Shown piece after piece: positions 38,441-46,937 of a DNA stretch of 64,000 nucleotides. Position 1 is the first letter of the stretch. Each line of letters starts with the position of its first letter. A program made the position numbers and the translations under genes. The notes under the pieces are model-generated. The model ran no database searches, was not told where the DNA came from, and worked only from the letters and a program-made list of their open reading frames with translations. The DNA is from Oscillospiraceae bacterium (GTDB lineage Bacteria; Bacillota; Clostridia; Oscillospirales; Ruminococcaceae), in contig WRAV01000002.1 in assembly GCA_009780025.1 (NCBI GenBank), positions 38,126 through 102,125 on the forward strand, written 5' to 3'.

Positions 38441-40183
38441 CTATATATGATACGCGCGGGTTATGGCCTCCCAGGTGAGTGGGCCTATTATACCGTCGGC
38501 GGCAAGCCCAAACAGCCGCTGAAACTCTATCACTGCCTGCTGGGTGCGCGGGCCGAAAATTCCATCCACTTCAAGCGCGGGAATGCTGGGGTATGTCTGT
38601 CGAATGGCGTTCAAGTAACTTTGCATAAGCTTTACACTCTCACCTGTCGAGCCAACCCGCAACAGGGCGCCTGGGTAGGGCGGCAGCTCAGCCGGCGGCG
38701 GCTGGGGCAGGCCGTAAATTATCTGGTAGACCTCGTAGAGCTTGCGCCAGGTGGACGGGCCGACCACGCCGTCCGGGGTGAGGCCAAACGTGCTCTGGAA
38801 TTCGATAACCGCGTCCTTGACCTGGGCGCCGAAATCACTGTCTTGCAGCACAGTGGGCAGCTGGTAGAAGGGTGCGATTGCGTTTAGGATAAACTGCAAC
38901 AGCAGAACAAGCTCCCCGCGGCTGCCCTGGGAAATGGAGGTGGTGGGCGGTGTCCGCCCAATACCGACCCGCTCGCCCTCGCTGCCTAGCTCAGCCAAAC
39001 GGGTAACTGAGGTGTATATGTAGGAGATTTTGTTCCAGGTGGCGCGGCCTATAACACCGTCGGCGCTCAGGTTAAAGCTGCGCTGAAAGGCCCGCACGGC
39101 TTCGGCAGTGTCCGGACCGAAGACGCCGTTGGGGTTTGTAATCGGCGGTATCAGCGGGAAGTTTACGCGGATTCTATTTAGGTAGTTTTGCATTTTTTGT
39201 ACGTCGTCTCCGGTGCTGCCAAGGCCCAGAGCGTACCCGGGGTAGGACTCGGTCACCGCGGAGAAGTTTTCGCTCTCGGCCAGTTGAATATCGCTGCCAT
39301 AGTAGTCGCGCAAAATTTGCAGCGGCGAGCGCCCCATATTCGCTAGCTCTACTGTGCCCCACTGAGCGAGCCCCTTGCAGGTGACAGTCGTGCCATTGCA
39401 GAACGAGGTAAAGTATGGGTTTCTAAAATCCTGCCGGTGGGCGTACATGTTGAAGATGTCATCCACAATCCGGCTGATATTCTCGAAAACCGGGCCGCCC
39501 TCCCGGTAGGACATGTCGTAGGCGGTGGAGTTTGTGATCTCGAAGTAGTACCCGCGGCTGCGGTACCATTCGGTGTAGACCCGGTTGAGGACGAAGGTTA
39601 CAATCGCGTGGACGTTGGCGGCTATTGCACTCTCCGGCCAGGTGGGATAGATCTCACTGGAGACGACATTCTTTATGTAGTCGGTGAATCTCACCCGCAC
39701 ATTCCGTGCGGATGTGTTGTCCGGCGCACCCAGGTGAACCGTTATGTAGTCGGGGATTATTACGTCCTTAAGAACTTTGATGTCGGTCTCCTGACCTGTT
39801 TGGTTGCGCTGGTCAGCAAATAGCCCTATATTCGGTATACGGATTTCTTGAACGGTTCGGGTATTTGTGCCTGGCTCCATATTCACCGGTAGGATTGCGG
39901 TAGCGGTGTCGACCACCTCCACCCCGCGCACCCAGGTTGTTACAAAGCCCTCCTTCTCGACCGCCACCGTCCAAGTGGAGTAGGCGGGCTGGCTGTAGGT
40001 CGGGTCCAGGGTAAGCGCCGCGTCCGGAGCAGGCAGGGCCAGGGACTGAGTGTCGCCGTTTTGGTCTGTGTAGGTCTCGTATAGGACATTGCCGGCGTCG
40101 TCCAGCAGCACTACTCGGGTGTCGCCCACCGCCATAGCACCGTCCGCCGCCCGGGTTTGGATTTTTAGATAACCTGTGCCCAT
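38441..40183 (-). CDS. sleC: SleC-like spore cortex-lytic enzyme with several PG-binding domains
   Basis: Start ATG 40183 (GAGGTGA RBS); YIKNVVSSEIYPTWP, NRVYTEWYRSRGY, TAYDM, FCNGTTVTC.GL.QWG; three PG_binding_1 repeats. Confidence 0.82.
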   Translation of the reverse strand: MGTGYLKIQTRAADGAMAVGDTRVVLLDDAGNVLYETYTDQNGDTQSLALPAPDAALTLDPTYSQPAYSTWTVAVEKEGFVTTWVRGVEVVDTATAILPVNMEPGTNTRTVQEIRIPNIGLFADQRNQTGQETDIKVLKDVIIPDYITVHLGAPDNTSARNVRVRFTDYIKNVVSSEIYPTWPESAIAANVHAIVTFVLNRVYTEWYRSRGYYFEITNSTAYDMSYREGGPVFENISRIVDDIFNMYAHRQDFRNPYFTSFCNGTTVTCKGLAQWGTVELANMGRSPLQILRDYYGSDIQLAESENFSAVTESYPGYALGLGSTGDDVQKMQNYLNRIRVNFPLIPPITNPNGVFGPDTAEAVRAFQRSFNLSADGVIGRATWNKISYIYTSVTRLAELGSEGERVGIGRTPPTTSISQGSRGELVLLLQFILNAIAPFYQLPTVLQDSDFGAQVKDAVIEFQSTFGLTPDGVVGPSTWRKLYEVYQIIYGLPQPPPAELPPYPGALLRVGSTGESVKLMQSYLNAIRQTYPSIPALEVDGIFGPRTQQAVIEFQRLFGLAADGIIGPLTWEAITRAYHI

Positions 40184-40208
40184 AGATTTATCACCTCGTT
40201 TTTTCATC

Positions 40209-40236
40209 AGTGTATGAGGGATGATGTTCGTTGGTG
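40209..40236 (-). promoter_or_regulatory. Mother-cell sigma-K/sigma-E-type promoter for the sleC-like operon
   Basis: CACC-16 nt-CATACACT fits the sigma-K consensus (mACm-N16-CATAnnnT). Confidence 0.5.
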
Positions 40237-40395
40237 ATAAAAAAACTGGGACAACTTTGAATATAAAACAAACTCTACAATTATTGTGTATTATTTCCCA
40301 ATATAAATGGTTGATTTTAGTCGATATTTATGGTATTGTGGATGTCCACTTCTTGGAGATTGGCGAACGGTATTTTATTGATTGGGGGGATATTT

Positions 40396-40992
40396 GTGCA
40401 GGTGTGGCATGAAACTGGTTGGGGTAAAATAGCTATTGCTGTCATTTCTGGCATCATTGTTTTTGTGGCCAGCGTGGTGATTATCTATCCCCTAATCGCT
40501 ACGACAGAAAATGATGAGCCACCAGATGAGCAATTAGAACTTGCATCGCTACAGAGCGAATTAATAAGTGAGGTTTCGGGTTCGCCTACATATGCCCTCA
40601 TAAATTGGCCATTTGAAAACCGCATTAGCTTATCTTGCAGCCGCTATACTAGCGTGTTACACCGAGTTAATTTCTATGGACGGGTCGCCTTCTGCTACGA
40701 GATGAACGGAAAAGCTCCCGACGGCTACTACCGCCCTTTAAGGCAGGGAAGCAATGAGCGGGTCGGGCAGTATCTCGCGAACTTTCTGGATAGTGAGCAA
40801 ACTCAATATCTGTACATAGCCACCCAGGTGCTGATTTGGAGCGCGATTTACGACTCATCCGTGACCAGTTGGGGAGGTTCGGGCGTTAGCCAAGAGCATA
40901 TTAACATAATCGCAAGAGGCACCGCGCCCCCTGTGCCGTATGTCGTCTTTTCCGGCGGTGCGCAGAACATCATAATTTGGGGTGAGTTGTAA
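40396..40992 (+). CDS. Membrane-anchored protein with a Cys-Gln thioester domain (TED-like)
   Basis: Start placed at GTG 40396 (G-rich RBS; promoter TTGATT-17-TATTGT at 40311-40339 lies inside the longer ORF call). One TM; AFCYEMNGKAP and ATQVLIW motifs. Confidence 0.6.
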   Translation: MQVWHETGWGKIAIAVISGIIVFVASVVIIYPLIATTENDEPPDEQLELASLQSELISEVSGSPTYALINWPFENRISLSCSRYTSVLHRVNFYGRVAFCYEMNGKAPDGYYRPLRQGSNERVGQYLANFLDSEQTQYLYIATQVLIWSAIYDSSVTSWGGSGVSQEHINIIARGTAPPVPYVVFSGGAQNIIIWGEL

Positions 40993-41000
40993 CGTAGTTG

Positions 41001-41039
41001 CATAAAAAAGCCCGGTACCAACCAAATCTGGTACCGGGC
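41001..41039. repeat. Terminator hairpin and direct repeat 1 flanking the TA module
   Basis: CATAAAAAAGCCCGGTACCA-accaaatc-TGGTACCGGGC. Confidence 0.7.
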
Positions 41040-41065
41040 AATCTTTTTATATATGTGTAGGGTTC

Positions 41066-41381
41066 TCATAGAAGCCACCCATAGTCCTGCCGACAATCAA
41101 CCACAGCGGTAATGTGCACAATGTTCTCAGCAATCTCAAACAGTATAAGGAATGCCCAGCAAATAAAAGCTTGCGGTACTTTTTGTACGCGGCCCTGTCG
41201 CCCTCTAGCCATATGCACCGCTCGGGAATTATTGAGAGCGAATCAACCGCGTCTAAGAAGGTTTCAGTCAGCCTATCCGCAGCGTCTGGGCTAACTGTGG
41301 CAAGAAAGCGCGAGTGCTCAATCAGCTGGCCCCGCGCTTCGCCCAAAACTGTTACGCCGTACTCTCAGCCTCACTTTCCAT
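41066..41381 (-). pseudogene. RelE/ParE-family toxin with two single-base frameshifts
   Basis: ATG 41381 with GGAGGT RBS overlaps the antitoxin end. Restoring 1 nt near 41362 and 1 nt near 41150 gives MESEAExYGVTVLGEARGQLIEHSRFLA...KYRKLLFAGHxLILFEIAENIVHITAVVDCRQDYGWLL. Confidence 0.8.
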
Positions 41382-41646
41382 CTCTAACCTCCGCAATGGC
41401 CTGCCTCATGGCATTGGCCGTTTCCTGAACCGAATAAGTGCGCCCATTGGGCTTGTCGTCTTCAGCGCGCAACAACATCTCGCGCAGCTTCAGCTCACTC
41501 TCCCTGCGTTTGTAGGTGTCAAGGTCCATCACCACAAGGTCGCCTTCTCCGTTTTTCGTAAGAAACACCGGCTCCTTTGTGCGCTTGCAAAGCTCTGAAA
41601 TTTCGTTATAATTCTTGCGGATTGCCGCTGATGGCTTTATATTCAT
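41371..41646 (-). CDS. Phd/YefM-family antitoxin
   Basis: IKPSAAIRKNYNEIS...EPVFLTKNGEGDLVVMD; intact 91 aa. Confidence 0.92.
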   Translation of the reverse strand: MNIKPSAAIRKNYNEISELCKRTKEPVFLTKNGEGDLVVMDLDTYKRRESELKLREMLLRAEDDKPNGRTYSVQETANAMRQAIAEVRDGK

Positions 41647-41727
41647 AATTTTGCTTGTCTCCCATTGGTAGCATTAAAGTACGCTTATATAGTCCTTGTT
41701 ATACTACCGAGTGATGGTTTTGTAAAA

Positions 41728-41761
41728 CATAAAAACCCCGGCACCAAATAGGTACCGGGGT
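41728..41761 (-). terminator. rpsI terminator and direct repeat 2
   Basis: CATAAAAACCCCGGCACC-aaata-GGTACCGGGGT; homologous to 41001-41039. Confidence 0.7.
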
Positions 41762-41782
41762 AGAACATTTACAGGTGGCGTA

Positions 41783-41803
41783 CGGGCAACAGAGTACCCC
41801 TGC
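41783..41803 (-). repeat. Degenerate REP-like unit
   Basis: GCAGGGGTACTCTGTTGCCCG resembles 43647-43670. Confidence 0.45.
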
Positions 41804-41818
41804 AATTCGGTAATAAAA

Positions 41819-42223
41819 TTAACGTTTGGAGAACTGCGGTGCACGACGAGCTGCCTTGAGCCCGTACTTTTTGCGCTCTTTCATTCTGGGGTCACGGGTT
41901 AGGAACCCGGCCTTTTTGAGGGCGGGGCGCATCTCGGCATCGTAGACGAGCAACGCACGGGAAACGCCGTGGCGAATCGCACCGGCTTGGCCGGTAACGC
42001 CGCCGCCTGATACGCGAACAAAGACGTCAAACTTCTGGGTAGTTTCCGTCAGCTCGAGCGGCTGACGAACGATTAGCTTGAGGGTCTCAAGCCCGAAGTA
42101 ATCATCGATATCGCGGTCGTTTATGGTCACTTTACCCGCGCCGGGGTAAAGCCGCACCCTGGCGACTGAATGTTTTCTGCGGCCTGTGCCGTAAAAGTAG
42201 GTCTTGGTATCGTAAATTCCCAT
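41819..42223 (-). CDS. rpsI: 30S ribosomal protein S9
   Basis: [35 protein letters not shown]. Confidence 0.99.
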   Translation of the reverse strand: MGIYDTKTYFYGTGRRKHSVARVRLYPGAGKVTINDRDIDDYFGLETLKLIVRQPLELTETTQKFDVFVRVSGGGVTGQAGAIRHGVSRALLVYDAEMRPALKKAGFLTRDPRMKERKKYGLKAARRAPQFSKR

Positions 42224-42238
42224 TTCTCTTCTCCCTCT

Positions 42239-42667
42239 CTACAGCGTCCAGGCTTCGGGTTTTTGGGCAGCGTTCTCGTGCTGTGCGCCCCGGTAAACCC
42301 GGCAGCGGGTGAGGGACTTGCGCCCTACCACTGTGGCCGGCAGCATCCCCTTAACGGCAAGCATCATGGCTTGCTCTGGCCTTTTTTGCATAAGGTCGTC
42401 GTAGCGTATCTCTTTAAGGCCGCCAACCCAGCCGGAGTGGTGGCGGTAGTATTTTTGGGTGAGCTTGCGCCCAGTAAGCACGGCTTTTTCGGTGTTGATG
42501 ATTATTACGTGGTCGCCGCAGTCAGCGTGTGGGGTAAAGCTGGGTTTGTGCTTGCCCCGCAAAATATGCGCCGCAATAACCGCTGTGCGGCCCAGGGGCT
42601 TGTCGGCGGCATCCAGCACGTACCATTTGCGCGCTACTTGCCCCGCCTTTTCCATGTAGGTGGACAT
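42239..42667 (-). CDS. rplM: 50S ribosomal protein L13
   Basis: WYVLDA, LRGKHKP.FTPHADCGD, AVKGMLP, AQKPE. Confidence 0.99.
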   Translation of the reverse strand: MSTYMEKAGQVARKWYVLDAADKPLGRTAVIAAHILRGKHKPSFTPHADCGDHVIIINTEKAVLTGRKLTQKYYRHHSGWVGGLKEIRYDDLMQKRPEQAMMLAVKGMLPATVVGRKSLTRCRVYRGAQHENAAQKPEAWTL

Positions 42668-42702
42668 CTTGAAAAACCTCCCTCAATAATTCGACAAGCA
42701 AT

Positions 42703-42731
42703 AGTATACCTATCAGGGCGAGCGTTGTCAA
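42703..42731 (-). promoter_or_regulatory. sigma-A promoter for rplM-rpsI
   Basis: TTGACA-17 nt-TATACT. Confidence 0.85.
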
Positions 42732-42847
42732 GCGCTTTTTCAAAGTACCTTGCAAGTTCTTGCGTTTTCTTTTGTTTTTTAACCTATACTCCCGCATATT
42801 CTCTCGCAAAAAATTGGTTTTTTATTCCTTAAATTTGCTCAAAACGT

Positions 42848-42876
42848 TTGACAACCGTTACATTTTGCTGTAAAAT
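42848..42876 (+). promoter_or_regulatory. sigma-A promoter for rex
   Basis: TTGACA-17 nt-TAAAAT. Confidence 0.8.
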
Positions 42877-42934
42877 GTTTTGCACAAGTCAAACGCGTGT
42901 CTTTTGCGCCATCCCTTATTGCGAGGTGAACCCT

Positions 42935-43582
42935 ATGCCCAGTTACCCAGGCGTTTCGCAGCACGTTACCCGCCGCCTGCCCCGATACTACCACCACCTG
43001 ACACAGCTTGAAAGAAACGGCACCGAGCGCATATCGTCCCGGGAATTCGCTGAGATGATAGGTTTTACAGCCTCGCAGATACGCCAAGATCTCAACTGCT
43101 TTGGCGGGTTTGGGCAGCAGGGATATGGCTACAACGTAACCACCTTGCGCGCCGAAATAGGCCGCATTCTCTGCGTGGACAAGGCCCACCCGGCGATAAT
43201 TATAGGAGCCGGGCATTTGGGTTTTGCCCTTGCCAGCAACATGAAATTCGGCTACTGTGGATTCCGCTTGGTTGGGATTTTTGACGTCTCCCCCGAGCTT
43301 ATCGGCCAAGAGGTCGCCGGCTGCACTATACGCGACGCCGCCCAGCTAAAGAGCTTTTGCCTCGAGCATAAACCAATGATTGCCGCCATTTGCACTCCCT
43401 CTCGGGTTGTGCCCGAACTGGTAAACACCCTGGCAGAGCTAGGCCTGAAAGGCTTCTGGAACTTTTCACAGTGCGATATTTCAAATTTTTTCTCAGGCGA
43501 TATGGTTGTCGAAACCGTTCAGCTGAGCGACAGTTTGATGAACTTGGGCTTCAACTTAAACAGTAAGCTGGAGAATACTTAG
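42935..43582 (+). CDS. rex: Redox-sensing transcriptional repressor
   Basis: Start ATG 42935 (GAGGTGA RBS); RRLPRY, ISSRE, SQIRQDL..FG.FGQQGYGYNV, GAGHLG.AL, WNF. Confidence 0.95.
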   Translation: MPSYPGVSQHVTRRLPRYYHHLTQLERNGTERISSREFAEMIGFTASQIRQDLNCFGGFGQQGYGYNVTTLRAEIGRILCVDKAHPAIIIGAGHLGFALASNMKFGYCGFRLVGIFDVSPELIGQEVAGCTIRDAAQLKSFCLEHKPMIAAICTPSRVVPELVNTLAELGLKGFWNFSQCDISNFFSGDMVVETVQLSDSLMNLGFNLNSKLENT

Positions 43583-43646
43583 GCTCAAATTACATAGATA
43601 AATCCCCGGAGACTGCGTGTCTTCGGGGATTTATAACGTCAATAAG

Positions 43647-43670
43647 CGGGCAACCACAGTTCGCCCCTAC
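43647..43670 (-). repeat. GTAG-REP element
   Basis: GTAGGGGCGAAC-TGTG-GTTGCCCG. A second GTAGGGAGCGG head overlaps the ybaK stop codon at 43741-43743. Confidence 0.75.
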
Positions 43671-43740
43671 TGTGGTTTTGTAAGGAAATCTGCACTTGCT
43701 AAACACATCTTTGTTATCAGCACTTCGAGGTCTCCGCTCC

Positions 43741-44220
43741 CTACTGCTCCGGCGCCTTGCAAACATCCACCCACCCCTTGCTCTGTGAGTACTCTTCCAG
43801 CTCGGGCAGTGTAAGCTTGATAGAGGACGAGCTTGTCCCGCAGGCGGGGTAGACGCTCTCGAACTCTTCCAGCGAGCGGTCTAGGTAGACATCCACACCA
43901 GGCGGCAGGCCGAATGGGCAAACCCCGCCCGGAATGTGCCCGGTGAACTGAGCCGTATCCTCGCCGCTTAGCATCCTGGGCTTAAATCCGAACTGCGCCT
44001 TAAATTTTTGGTTGTCCAGTCTGGCGGTACCGGCGGCAACTACCAGCAACGCACCGCCCTCCTTTGCATACACCGCAAGGCTTTTGGCTATCCGCTCGGG
44101 CGCAACGCCTATCTGCTGGGCGGCTAGGGCCACAGTTGCGGTAGACTCACCGGTGTCGATTATGTCGCCCTCGCACTTGCCCCACTTTTTTAGGTGCTCA
44201 AGCGCCGATTGTTTAGACAT
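43741..44220 (-). CDS. YbaK/EbsC aminoacyl-tRNA deacylase family protein
   Basis: IAKSL, GHIPGGVCPFG, VYLD.SL, YPACG; start ATG 44220 overlaps the pncB stop. Confidence 0.92.
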   Translation of the reverse strand: MSKQSALEHLKKWGKCEGDIIDTGESTATVALAAQQIGVAPERIAKSLAVYAKEGGALLVVAAGTARLDNQKFKAQFGFKPRMLSGEDTAQFTGHIPGGVCPFGLPPGVDVYLDRSLEEFESVYPACGTSSSSIKLTLPELEEYSQSKGWVDVCKAPEQ

Positions 44221-45704
44221 TACTTGCCGCCTCCCTTCTCGCTCCATTGGCCGCTCTCCAGCAGCATCCTCTGCTTAGTATCCCACAGCTTTTGCGAGAG
44301 GTCGACATAGTAGCGGTGTGGCCGCTCGAACCGCTTGACTTCGTCCCAGAGCAGCCGGGTTTGTTCTTGGCAGTAACTGCGCACCTGCTCGAGTGTCGGC
44401 GGAGCGTATATGCAGCAGCCGCCTGCGAAGATAGGCTGCAGGAGCTCTTTGGCGGTAAAGTTAGATATTCGCTTGCGCTTCCAGATAGCGTTGGGGTCGA
44501 AGAGAGTGATCGGACGGCTCTCGTCTATCACCTCGTCGTGGTGGGTGATGTAGTCGGCGATGGCCTTGCCGCTCTCCTTGCTGTAAAACCGGTAGGCCTT
44601 CTTGAAGCCGGGGGTGGTTATCTTCTCCACGCTCTCGCTCAGCTTGATTTTTGGGGTGTATTCGCCCCGCTCGTTCAAAGAGGCAACCAACTTGTAAACG
44701 CCGCCGAAAACCGGCTCGCTTTTGCTGGTAATCAGCCGCTCACCCACACCGAAGGCGTCCACCTTGGCCCCCTGTTGCAAGAGGTCGCGGATGGTGTATT
44801 CGTCCAGCGCACCGGTGACCACGATTTTAACGTCGGGGTACCCGGCGGCGTCCAGCATGCCCCGCGCACCCTTAGAAAGGTAAGCAAGGTCGCCTGAGTC
44901 AATCCGCACTGCCTTTGCCCTCCGGCCCATTGGCGCGAGCACCTGGTCAAAGATTTTGATAGCGTTGGGTATCCCGGACGCGAGCACGTTGTAGGTATCA
45001 ACCAGCAGGGTGCAGTCATCGGGGTAGAGCTTGGCGTAGGTCTCAAATGCCTGGTACTCGCTGTCGAAAAGCTGCACCCAGCTATGGGCCATTGTGCCAA
45101 CCGCCGGTATGCCGAACTCTCGCCCGGCAAGGGTACAAGAAGTGGAGGCGCACCCACCTATATAGGCGGCTCGTGCCCCATAAATAGCGGCGTCGTACCC
45201 CTGTGCCCGCCGGGAGCCGAACTCCATAACCGGCAGGCCCTGGGCGGCACGGGCTATTCGCCCGGCCTTGGTAGCGATAAGGCTCTGGTGATTTATCGAG
45301 AGCAGCACCATAGTCTCAATAAGCTGCGCTTGGATAACCGGGCCGCGCACCACAACCATAGGCTCGCCCGGGAAAACCGGGGTGCCTTCGGCAAAGGCCC
45401 AGACGTCGCAGGCGAACTTAAACCCGCGCAGATAGCTGAGGAACTGCTCGCTGAATATCTTCTTGCTGCGCAAGAACTCAATGTCTTCGTCGGTGAACTT
45501 CATGGCCCTCAGGTAGCTTATCAGCTGCTCGAGCCCGGCAAATATGGCAAAGCCGCCCCGGTCGGGGATTTTGCGGAAAAACATATCAAAAACTGCAACC
45601 CGGTCCCCCATGCCACCTACAAGGTAAGCGTTTGACATGGTGAGCTCGTAGAAATCCACCAGCATGGTCAGGTTGCGTTTTTCGTTAAGGTCGAGTGGCA
45701 ACAA
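44220..45704 (-). CDS. pncB: Nicotinate phosphoribosyltransferase
   Basis: DFYELTM, FFRKIP, MEFGSRRAQG, GTMAHSW, LVDTY, VRIDSGDL, FGVGERL. Confidence 0.95.
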   Translation of the reverse strand: MLPLDLNEKRNLTMLVDFYELTMSNAYLVGGMGDRVAVFDMFFRKIPDRGGFAIFAGLEQLISYLRAMKFTDEDIEFLRSKKIFSEQFLSYLRGFKFACDVWAFAEGTPVFPGEPMVVVRGPVIQAQLIETMVLLSINHQSLIATKAGRIARAAQGLPVMEFGSRRAQGYDAAIYGARAAYIGGCASTSCTLAGREFGIPAVGTMAHSWVQLFDSEYQAFETYAKLYPDDCTLLVDTYNVLASGIPNAIKIFDQVLAPMGRRAKAVRIDSGDLAYLSKGARGMLDAAGYPDVKIVVTGALDEYTIRDLLQQGAKVDAFGVGERLITSKSEPVFGGVYKLVASLNERGEYTPKIKLSESVEKITTPGFKKAYRFYSKESGKAIADYITHHDEVIDESRPITLFDPNAIWKRKRISNFTAKELLQPIFAGGCCIYAPPTLEQVRSYCQEQTRLLWDEVKRFERPHRYYVDLSQKLWDTKQRMLLESGQWSEKGGGK

Positions 45705-45715
45705 AAACCCTCCCG

Positions 45716-46711
45716 CTATCTTATCTCGTTAAACGTCCGCAGTTCTTCGTAGTTGATGGTCTTGGTTATTTCCAGTGCATCTTTGATGTCTTTGTGGTCT
45801 ACCCTATTTTTCTTTAGAGTCACCACACAGTTGCTGGCGCCACTTTTTAGCAGCGTGACGGCGTAGTTGCCCATCATCGAGCCTATCCGCCTGTCTCTGG
45901 CTGTTGGTTTGCCGCCGCGCTGAACGTGCCCAAGCACGGTGGCTCTGGTCTCAACCCCGGTTTGCTCTTCTATAAATGCGGCCAGCTGCTGAGTGTCCAT
46001 GGTGCGCTGCTTTGCCCGCTCACCGGTAACGCCTTCGGATGCAATGATAATAAAGTGGGTTTTACCCTTGTTTAGGGCTTCGCTCATATTTTTGAGCACG
46101 TCGCGCTCGAGGTCGTTGCGCACCTCGGGGATGATGACCGCCTCGGCCCCGCAGCAGATACCGGCGTGCAGAGCTATCGCCCCACAGTTGTGTCCCATTA
46201 CCTCAACTATTGAGCAGCGGTTGTGGGACTGCGAGGTATCCCGCAGCTTGTCCACGATTTCTACCACGGTGTTCACCGCGGTGTCGAAGCCTATGGTGTA
46301 GTCGGTACAGCCTATGTTGTGGTCAATCGTGCATGGGATGCCAACACATGGCACGCCCGCCTCGGAAAGTGCCATAGCCCCGCGGAACGTACCGTCGCCC
46401 CCGCAGACTACAAGGGCGTCTATTCCCATATCTATCAGGTTCGCTTTGGCTTTCTCGATGCCTTCAGGGGTGGCGAATTCCTTGCTGCGCGCCGAACCCA
46501 GAATGGTTCCACCACGCTGCAGCGTCCCGCTGACGCAGGGAAGTTCCATATCAATCGCGTCGCCGGCAAGCAGCCCTGCGTAACCCTTGCAGATCCCCTT
46601 CACATTCAAACCGTTAGAGAGGGCGGTGCGCACAACCGAGCGTATAACCGCGTTCATCCCTGGGGCGTCGCCCCCGCTTGTCAACACACCGATGGTCTTT
46701 ATCTCTTTCAT
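45716..46711 (-). CDS. pfkA: ATP-dependent 6-phosphofructokinase
   Basis: Start ATG 46711; LTSGGDAPGMN, GGDGTFRG, TIDHN, IGFDTA, VEVMGHNCG, LGHVQRGG. Confidence 0.96.
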   Translation of the reverse strand: MKEIKTIGVLTSGGDAPGMNAVIRSVVRTALSNGLNVKGICKGYAGLLAGDAIDMELPCVSGTLQRGGTILGSARSKEFATPEGIEKAKANLIDMGIDALVVCGGDGTFRGAMALSEAGVPCVGIPCTIDHNIGCTDYTIGFDTAVNTVVEIVDKLRDTSQSHNRCSIVEVMGHNCGAIALHAGICCGAEAVIIPEVRNDLERDVLKNMSEALNKGKTHFIIIASEGVTGERAKQRTMDTQQLAAFIEEQTGVETRATVLGHVQRGGKPTARDRRIGSMMGNYAVTLLKSGASNCVVTLKKNRVDHKDIKDALEITKTINYEELRTFNEIR

Positions 46712-46801
46712 TAATATACCTCCCTGGCTTGATGGTTTTGCTAAGACGTTGCCTTGCTCAACATAGTTCAAAATTTAACACAGTCTGCCCAACTTAGGTA
46801 A

Positions 46802-46928
46802 TGCTATAATCTATATTATACCATAAGCGCAGCGTCGGTATAATTGCGCATCAAAAGCCGGTTGCCGCTTTAGCGGCGAGGCGTTGCGCATGGTATAATG
46901 TTCGTGCCCTTCTGCGAACATTATACCA
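46802..46928. other. Palindromic intergenic array with five TATAAT boxes (dnaE-pfkA)
   Basis: TGGTATAATGTTCG/CGAACATTATACCA 14-bp inverted repeat (46891-46928); ATTATACC...GGTATAAT (46815-46844); TGCTATAAT (46802-46810). Confidence 0.6.
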
Positions 46929-46937
46929 CAATTCGAC

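Noticed and set aside
42869-42888. Rex autoregulatory operator in the rex promoter
   Set aside because: Only the right half-site (TGCACAA) fits; the left half does not match at the correct spacing.
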